Origin: an uncultured Gemmatimonadales bacterium
GTDB lineage: Bacteria; Gemmatimonadota; Gemmatimonadetes; Gemmatimonadales; GWC2-71-9
DNA: 64,000 nt
NCBI GenBank assembly: GCA_963739455.1
Contig: CAVUAK010000001.1
Location: 1,952,001-2,016,000 of the forward strand
Direction of reading: 5' to 3'
Shown piece after piece: positions 57,795 through 64,000 of this stretch (position 1 is its first letter; every line of letters begins with the position of its first letter). The notes under the pieces were generated by a model. It was not told the DNA's origin, did not search any database, and saw only the letters and a program-made list of their open reading frames with translations. The position numbers and the translations under genes are program-made.

Positions 57795-58078
57795 TGCGCC
57801 TGCGTACCTGGGCGTTGCTGGGCGGTGCCCTGATTGGTGTGGCTGTTGCACGCGAGGTGAGCCGGAGGCGGGAGCGGTCGCATGGGGCCGACCTGTTTCA
57901 TGCCCGTGCGCCCATGCGGCACATGGCGTTGAGCTGGCTGGACCGGCATCCCAGCCGCGCCGCCTTGGCGCGACTACGGGAGTACATCGGATGGGAGCCG
58001 ATACCGATGCTGCAGCGCCGCGGGACCACGATCATTGAGCGGATGACGCGCACGCTCGGACAGGGGGACGCCGCATGA
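57794..58078 (+). CDS. Small N-terminally membrane-anchored helical protein
   Basis: TGATG overlap with recR and ATGA overlap with mglB; N-terminal TM. Confidence 0.72.
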   Translation: MRLRTWALLGGALIGVAVAREVSRRRERSHGADLFHARAPMRHMALSWLDRHPSRAALARLREYIGWEPIPMLQRRGTTIIERMTRTLGQGDAA

Positions 58079-58566
58079 GTGGCTCCTCCAGCTGGGCCTT
58101 CCGCGAGGAAGATGCGCGCCGCATCCAGAACATCCTCAGCGTGTTCCTGGCCGATTCGAGTGCCCGGACCGCGCTGATCGTGGATCGCACCGGCCAGCTC
58201 GTGTCCACCGTGGGTGAGCCGCCGGTGTTCGACTCGACGGCGTTTGCGACGCTCACCGCGGCCGACTTCAGTGCGAACGACCAGCTGGCGCGCATGCTGG
58301 GCGAGCCGGAGTTCGGCGCGCTGTTCCATCAGGGGGAGCGTGAGTCGATGTACCTTGCCGACGTGGCCCGGCGGGTCATCCTCGTCGTCCTGTTCGACAA
58401 TCGCACGACACTCGGCCTGGTGAAGCTGCGCGTGCGCACCACCGTGCCGGAGCTGGTCAAGGTGTTCGAGGACATGTTCAGCAGCCAGGGGAAGGCAAGC
58501 CAGCAGATGGAATCAGGGCTGCTGGGCGATGCCGAAGACGAGATCGACAAGCTGTTCGGGGTGTGA
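58075..58566 (+). CDS. mglB: Roadblock/LC7 GAP MglB
   Basis: [12 protein letters not shown]...LGE.EF..LFHQG, LGLVKLR, IDKLF. Confidence 0.9.
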   Translation: MSGSSSWAFREEDARRIQNILSVFLADSSARTALIVDRTGQLVSTVGEPPVFDSTAFATLTAADFSANDQLARMLGEPEFGALFHQGERESMYLADVARRVILVVLFDNRTTLGLVKLRVRTTVPELVKVFEDMFSSQGKASQQMESGLLGDAEDEIDKLFGV

Positions 58567-58579
58567 GGGAGCGTCGTCC

Positions 58580-59254
58580 ATGTCGATGATCAACTATGCG
58601 TCTCGCGAGATCAACTGCAAGCTCGTGTACTACGGGCCCGGTCTCGGCGGCAAGACGACCAATCTCGAGCACGTCTACCAGAAGGTGGCGCCCACGGCGC
58701 GGGGAAAGATGATTTCCCTCGCGACGGAAACGGAGCGCACACTCTTCTTCGACTTCCTCCCGGTGGACCTCGGCACCATCCGCGGGTTCAAGGTCAAGTT
58801 TCACCTCTATACCGTGCCCGGCCAGGTCTATTACAACGCCTCGCGGAAGCTGATCCTCAAGGGCGTGGATGGCGTCGTGTTCGTGGCCGACAGCCAGATC
58901 GAGCGGACGGAGGCGAACATCGAGGCGATGCAGAACCTGTACGACAACATGGTGCAGCACGGCTATGACCTCACCCGCATTCCCTTCGTCATCCAGTACA
59001 ACAAGCGCGACCTGCCCAATGCCGCGCCGATCGCCGAGCTGCAGGCGGCACTGAACCCGGGCTGGCCGGTCGAGGACCCGCAGAAGCAGCGCGTCACCGC
59101 GGACCCATTCCGGCCCGGCGAGTTCATCGTGCAGCAGCAGGACGGGCAATGGATCGAGCGCTCCCCGTACTTCGAGGCGGTCGCGATGACGGGCGAGGGA
59201 GTATTCGACACCCTGAAGGCCGTGAGCAAGCTCGTCGTCAAGACGCTGGGCTGA
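58580..59254 (+). CDS. mglA: Small Ras-like GTPase MglA
   Basis: [40 protein letters not shown]. Confidence 0.95.
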   Translation: MSMINYASREINCKLVYYGPGLGGKTTNLEHVYQKVAPTARGKMISLATETERTLFFDFLPVDLGTIRGFKVKFHLYTVPGQVYYNASRKLILKGVDGVVFVADSQIERTEANIEAMQNLYDNMVQHGYDLTRIPFVIQYNKRDLPNAAPIAELQAALNPGWPVEDPQKQRVTADPFRPGEFIVQQQDGQWIERSPYFEAVAMTGEGVFDTLKAVSKLVVKTLG

Positions 59255-59919
59255 TGCCGCCGGCGGAGCTGTCCACGAAGACGTGGACCACCGCGAACAT
59301 CGTCACGCTGGTGCGGATCTGCTTCACGCCCGTCATCGCGCTCCTCCCGTTCATCGATGGATACTGGCCGAAGCTGATCTGCTTCATCGTGTTCGTGCTT
59401 GTGGCCTTCACCGACATGCTCGACGGCTACCTCGCGCGAAGCCGCGGCGAGGTGACGGACCTCGGCAAGCTGCTCGATCCCCTCGCCGACAAGCTGCTCC
59501 TCTTCGCTACCCTCATCCCGATCTACTGGATCTCGAAGGAACGCCAGGCGGAGTACGGCATCCCGGTGTGGGGCAGCATTCCCCTCTGGGCCACGCTGCT
59601 GATGATCGGGCGCGAGTTGGCGATGACGGTGTTCCGTCAGTGGGCCAAGGCGAGGGGCGTGGTGATCGCGGCCGGCGGGGCGGGCAAGCTCAAGGCGGTC
59701 TTCCAGAACATCTTCGTGGGCGCCGTGATTCTCTGGTTCGCCTTTCGCGATGCCCGGAAACCGCTTGGATGGGAAAACAACCGGTACGCCTACTTCTGGA
59801 ACCAGTTCCACGGCGGCTTCGTCGCGGTGACGCTGGTGATCGCGGTGGTACTGACGGTGTATTCGTTCGTTCAGTACCTGTATCGGAACCGGGCCCTGTT
59901 CAGCGCCGGTAGCAAGTAG
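59254..59919 (+). CDS. pgsA: CDP-alcohol phosphatidyltransferase (PgsA-like)
   Basis: TD.LDGYLAR....TDLGKLLDPLADK. Confidence 0.85.
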   Translation: MPPAELSTKTWTTANIVTLVRICFTPVIALLPFIDGYWPKLICFIVFVLVAFTDMLDGYLARSRGEVTDLGKLLDPLADKLLLFATLIPIYWISKERQAEYGIPVWGSIPLWATLLMIGRELAMTVFRQWAKARGVVIAAGGAGKLKAVFQNIFVGAVILWFAFRDARKPLGWENNRYAYFWNQFHGGFVAVTLVIAVVLTVYSFVQYLYRNRALFSAGSK

Positions 59920-59933
59920 TTCCTTCCCGCCGC

Positions 59934-61193
59934 ATGAAACTCGAGCTCCTCACCGTCGGCACCGAACTCCTCCTCGGCTTCACCGTCGATACCAACGGGG
60001 CGGAAATTGCGCGCGCGCTTGCGTCGATCGGTGTCGAGGTTGCACGGCGCACGTCCGTGGGCGATGACCGGGTCGCCATCCAGGACGCGATCGGCACGGC
60101 CCTCGATCGCACCGGGGCGGTCCTGGTGACCGGCGGGCTCGGTCCCACGCGGGACGACATCACCAAGCACGCCGTGGCCGACCTGCTCGGCCTGCCGCTT
60201 GAATTTCACGAAGAAATCTGGCAGGGCCTGCTCGAGCGTTTCCGCGGTCTTGGTCGCGAACCCTCGATGACGAATCGTTCGCAGGCCGAGGTGCCGCGTG
60301 GTGGCACGGTGCTTCGGAACCGATGGGGGACCGCACCCGGTCTCTGGCTCGATTCCCCGCGCGGCCTCGTCATCATGCTTCCCGGCGTGCCCATCGAAAT
60401 GCGCAACCTGCTGGCCCACGAGGTGGTGCCTCGCCTCGCTCCGCTTGGAGGGAAGCGCGTGGTGCGCTCGCTCACCGTTCGCACGACTTCCATTCCGGAA
60501 AGCACACTGGCCGAGCGATTGGGGGACATCGAGGACGCCGTGCGGCCACTCGGCCTCGCATATCTTCCCGGCCTCGAGGGGGTCGACCTGCGGCTCACCT
60601 CCTGGGGCGTTGACGAAACCGAGAGCGATGTGCGGCTCGTCGCCGCTGCGGAGGAACTGCGGCGACGCGCCGGCGAACATGTGTATGGAGAGGGCGAGGA
60701 GACGCTGGCTGGCATCGTGGTCGGGCTGCTCCGGGAGCGAGGCTGGACCATCGGTGTCGCAGAGTCATGTACTGGCGGTCTCCTCGGTGGCCGGCTTACC
60801 GATGTTGCGGGAAGTTCGGCCGTCTTCCGCGGAGGGGTCATCGCGTACGACAATGACGTGAAGGTCAGCGCGCTCGATGTCCCTGCAGAATGGCTGCACC
60901 TTCACGGTGCCGTCAGCGAACCAGTTGCGGCGGCGATGGCGGAGGGTGTGCGGCGCCGGCTGGCGGTGGATATTGGCGTCGGGATCACCGGGATTGCGGG
61001 GCCGGGCGGGGGATCGCCCGACAAGCCGGTGGGCACGGTGTGCCTGGCCGTCGCCGGACCGGTAGCCTCATGGTCCCGGCGCACGATCTTCCCCGGCAGC
61101 CGGCCCGAGGTCCGTGCCCGCGCGGTCCAGGCAGCCTTGTTCATGGTTCGACAGCGCCTCCTCCAAGGGGAGGTCGCGCAGGGTCCTGCCTAG
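59934..61193 (+). CDS. cinA: Competence/damage-inducible CinA (MocF + NMN deamidase)
   Basis: GTELL.G..DTN, GGLGPT.DD, AESCTGG, GAVSE, TGIAGPGG. Confidence 0.93.
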   Translation: MKLELLTVGTELLLGFTVDTNGAEIARALASIGVEVARRTSVGDDRVAIQDAIGTALDRTGAVLVTGGLGPTRDDITKHAVADLLGLPLEFHEEIWQGLLERFRGLGREPSMTNRSQAEVPRGGTVLRNRWGTAPGLWLDSPRGLVIMLPGVPIEMRNLLAHEVVPRLAPLGGKRVVRSLTVRTTSIPESTLAERLGDIEDAVRPLGLAYLPGLEGVDLRLTSWGVDETESDVRLVAAAEELRRRAGEHVYGEGEETLAGIVVGLLRERGWTIGVAESCTGGLLGGRLTDVAGSSAVFRGGVIAYDNDVKVSALDVPAEWLHLHGAVSEPVAAAMAEGVRRRLAVDIGVGITGIAGPGGGSPDKPVGTVCLAVAGPVASWSRRTIFPGSRPEVRARAVQAALFMVRQRLLQGEVAQGPA

Positions 61194-61272
61194 CCGGCGT
61201 ACCCGGGTGGATGGTCACCCTGCCATTCCGACACCTCCTGACGGCATCTCCGTTGCTACTATCTTCCCGCTT

Positions 61273-61854
61273 ATGACCAGATTCCCCGATTTCATGGGCC
61301 CCTCCGGCCCCTCCGGCCCCTCCGGCCCCATCGATGGCCCCGGCACCCAGGCGGGCGATACGACCAGTCTTCCAGTCGAACCGGAGAGCTCCGCGATACG
61401 GAGGCTCGAGGAGGAGCTGGCTGAACTTCAGGATCGCCATGTTCGTCTTGCGGCCGAGTTCGATAACTATCGAAAGCGGTCCCTCAAGGAGCGGAACGAG
61501 CTGGGTGAGAGGGCCCAGGCGGCCCTTGTCGCCAAGCTGGTCGATGCGCTGGACGACCTTCACCGGGCCGTCAGCAGCGATCCTGCGACGACGCCGGTGG
61601 AGGCGCTCCGCGTGGCCATCAACGCCGTAGACCAGAAGGTCTGGAAGGAGCTCCAGGCGGCGGGCCTCGAGCGCATTGATCCCGTGGGGGCACCGTTCGA
61701 CCCGACGATGCAGGAGGCGGTGGGTATCGTGCCCACGGATTCGGCGGAACTGGAGCAGACCGTGGCGGCGACGTTCCAGGTCGGGTACCGGTTCAAGGGT
61801 GTCCTGGTGCGTCCCGCCCGCGTTCAGGTGTTCGCGGGGCAGGGTAACGCCTAG
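61273..61854 (+). CDS. grpE: Nucleotide exchange factor GrpE
   Basis: [15 protein letters not shown]...EA, GY....VRPA.V. Confidence 0.92.
   Translation: MTRFPDFMGPSGPSGPSGPIDGPGTQAGDTTSLPVEPESSAIRRLEEELAELQDRHVRLAAEFDNYRKRSLKERNELGERAQAALVAKLVDALDDLHRAVSSDPATTPVEALRVAINAVDQKVWKELQAAGLERIDPVGAPFDPTMQEAVGIVPTDSAELEQTVAATFQVGYRFKGVLVRPARVQVFAGQGNA
61297..61329 (+). repeat. 9-bp tandem repeat (GGCCCCTCC) encoding GPS repeats in the GrpE N-terminus
   Basis: Three full copies plus a partial copy. Confidence 0.7.
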
Positions 61855-62954
61855 TGGCGACTGGCGACTACTACCAGGTGCTGGGTGTCGCCGACAGCGC
61901 CACCCAGCAGGAGATCAAGAAGGCGTACCGGCGGCTGGCCAAGGAACATCATCCTGACGCCAACCCGAACAATCCGCAATCGGCCGAGCGCTTCAAGCAG
62001 ATCTCCGAGGCGCACGGTACGCTCTCCGATCCCGACAAGCGGAAGCAGTATGACCAGATGCGCCGGCTCGGCGCATTCGACACGCGTGCGCGGCGCCCAA
62101 GCGGTGGCCCGGGCACGCGCCCATCCGGGGGCCCGTCCGTCGAGGAGGAAATCGATCTCGGCGACATGAGTGGTCTCGGTGGGCTGGGCGACATCTTCTC
62201 CTCCATTTTCGGTCGCGGCCGGCGCGAGGAGCAGCAGGGCGAGACCATCGAGTCGACGCTGGAGGTGCCGTTCCGCACGGCCGTCCTGGGCGGCAAGATC
62301 GCGGTGACGATGCCGGTGACGGATGCCTGTCCCACGTGTCACGGCAGCGGTGGAGCCCCCGGGGCCAAGATCGAGACCTGCGACGAGTGCAACGGGCGCG
62401 GCACCATCTCCTTCGGTCAGGGCGGCTTTGCAGTGAATCGTCCGTGCCCCAAGTGCCGCGGCCGGGGCAAGATTCCCTCGAAGCCATGCCCCACCTGCCA
62501 CGGCGCGGGAGAGGTGCGTACGGAGCGCACGGTGACCATCACGGTGCCGCCGGGAAGCGAGACCGGCACTCGCGTGCGCCTGAAGGGGCAGGGTCAGCCC
62601 GGGCGCGGAAGTTCGCAGGCCGGCGACCTGATCATCACCTTCCATGTCCAGCCTGATCATTTCTTCGAGCGCGACGGAGACGACCTGCTGGTGGAAATCC
62701 CGATCAACGTCGCCCAGGCGATGCTCGGTACCAATGTGCGTGTGCGGACCATTGACGGGAAAAAGGTGTTGCTCAAGGTGCCGCCTGGCACCCAGCCTGG
62801 GCGGAAGTTCCGGATCAAGGGGCAGGGGGTGGAGCGGAACGGCAAGAGGGGCGACCAGCTCGTGCAGGTGAAGGTGACGCTGCCCGAGAAGCTCACGCCG
62901 GAGCAGGAAGAGCTGATGCGGAAGTTCGCCGAGGCGGGGGGGATGGCAGGCTAG
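61854..62954 (+). CDS. dnaJ: Chaperone DnaJ
   Basis: DYY..LGV, HPD, four CxxCxGxG repeats. Confidence 0.95.
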   Translation: MATGDYYQVLGVADSATQQEIKKAYRRLAKEHHPDANPNNPQSAERFKQISEAHGTLSDPDKRKQYDQMRRLGAFDTRARRPSGGPGTRPSGGPSVEEEIDLGDMSGLGGLGDIFSSIFGRGRREEQQGETIESTLEVPFRTAVLGGKIAVTMPVTDACPTCHGSGGAPGAKIETCDECNGRGTISFGQGGFAVNRPCPKCRGRGKIPSKPCPTCHGAGEVRTERTVTITVPPGSETGTRVRLKGQGQPGRGSSQAGDLIITFHVQPDHFFERDGDDLLVEIPINVAQAMLGTNVRVRTIDGKKVLLKVPPGTQPGRKFRIKGQGVERNGKRGDQLVQVKVTLPEKLTPEQEELMRKFAEAGGMAG

Positions 62955-63518
62955 GTGGGTACGGGCAGGAGCGATGACGAAGTGGTTGCCGCCACGCGGG
63001 AATGGGTTGAAAAGGCCATCATCGGCCTCAACCTGTGCCCCTTCGCAAAGGCGGTGTACCTCAAGGAGCAGGTCCGCTTCATCGTGAGCCCGGCGCGCAC
63101 CACCGGCGCGTTGCGTGACGACCTGAGCGCGGAGCTCCGCTACCTCGCGGCGATGCCGGCCGAGGTGGTGGAGACGACGCTCCTGATCCACCCGCACGTG
63201 CTCACCGATTTCCTCGACTACAACGATTTTCTCGACATCGCTGAAGCCTCCGTGAACGACCTTGAGCTCGAGGGCGTGATCCAGGTCGCGAGCTTTCACC
63301 CTCGTTATCAATTCGAGGGCACCGATCCCGACGACGTGACGAACTACACCAATCGCTCGCCCTTTCCCCTGCTGCACCTGCTGCGCGAGGAGAGCATTGA
63401 GCGCGCTGTCGCTGCGTTTCCCGGAACTGAACAGGTTTACCTGAGGAACATCGACGCGATGCGGCGGCTGGGCCTGACGGGACTGGCTGCACTCGGACTC
63501 ATTCCCCGACTGGAATAA
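62955..63518 (+). CDS. DUF1415 family protein
   Basis: IGLNLCPFA, ETTL, QVASFHP.Y, NYTNRSP.P.LHLLRE. Confidence 0.85.
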   Translation: MGTGRSDDEVVAATREWVEKAIIGLNLCPFAKAVYLKEQVRFIVSPARTTGALRDDLSAELRYLAAMPAEVVETTLLIHPHVLTDFLDYNDFLDIAEASVNDLELEGVIQVASFHPRYQFEGTDPDDVTNYTNRSPFPLLHLLREESIERAVAAFPGTEQVYLRNIDAMRRLGLTGLAALGLIPRLE

Positions 63519-63522
63519 CTCG

Positions 63523-63795
63523 ATGCACACAATCAAGGTGCTTGCCGCCGGGTTCGCCCTGCTGGTGGCCTGCCTCCTGTTCGGGCGTTCCCTCGGACAA
63601 CCGGGCACAGGCCTGGTTCTCGGTGCCAAGCTTTTCGTGCCGTTGTGGCTCGTCGGCGCGGCGATCAACATGTGGATCGGTGTCTCGAGGGCCGGCTATT
63701 CCGTTGCTGACGAGGCGCCGGTTTTCCTGCTCGTGTTCGGGCTCCCGGCTGCAGTCGCGCTTCTGGTCGTCTGGCGCAGCGCGAGAGGCGCGTAA
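63523..63795 (+). CDS. Small 3-TM membrane protein
   Basis: Hydrophobic; NMWIGV..AGY...E. Confidence 0.75.
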   Translation: MHTIKVLAAGFALLVACLLFGRSLGQPGTGLVLGAKLFVPLWLVGAAINMWIGVSRAGYSVADEAPVFLLVFGLPAAVALLVVWRSARGA

Positions 63796-63821
63796 CTGAA
63801 ATACTCCAAGGGGAGGGTGGA

Positions 63822-64000
63822 ATGATGAGAGGGAGTGCATTGGTGGCCGGCGGCGTGCTGTGTGCGGTGCTCGCGTGCCCTGGGGCGCTGATGGCGCAGC
63901 AGCCTACCGTATCCATTGATACCGACGGTCATGGAAACCTGTCCGCGGCCCAGGAATACGTCGCGATGGCGTGGAGGCGCATGGACAATGCGCAGCATGC
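63822..64000 (+). CDS. Secreted protein, 3' truncated
   Basis: SD GGAGG, then signal peptide MMRGSALVAGGVLCAVLACPGALMA-Q. Confidence 0.55.
   Translation, partial: MMRGSALVAGGVLCAVLACPGALMAQQPTVSIDTDGHGNLSAAQEYVAMAWRRMDNAQH

Overview
High-GC bacterial chromosomal window of mostly core genes. Gene content and synteny suggest Gemmatimonadota (inference). At least 15 otherwise intact genes, including pyk, pgi and nrdJ, are broken by 1-bp frameshifts, which is best explained by uncorrected long-read indels. Main blocks: (1) glyQS, then a coupled run of a His/Met-rich beta-propeller, a small unknown, a ubiquitin-like protein, a membrane protein, a deacetylase, an Ala-Glu epimerase and priA; (2) a TonB-dependent receptor divergent from a TIGR00300-like gene, fur and ccdA, then a cupredoxin; (3) a peptidoglycan-recycling cluster (ggt, murQ, anmK, nagZ, ampG) adjoining an envelope-signalling locus (FHA/pseudo-protease, PP2C, amidase, two tandem TPR/GWxTD-like proteins, a Ser/Thr kinase); (4) nrdJ; (5) a redox/detox block; (6) ispG, ccdA, tlpA and a Prx-like gene; (7) an AT-rich 500-bp gap with paired DnaA-box-like sites and a perfect IHF site (candidate oriC or DARS/datA-like element); (8) pyk, phnP-like, pgi; (9) an SRP RNA lacking the GNRA loop, dnaX-ybaB-recR, a small ORF, mglB-mglA, pgsA, cinA, grpE and dnaJ. 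No mobile elements, CRISPR arrays, tRNA or rRNA were seen.
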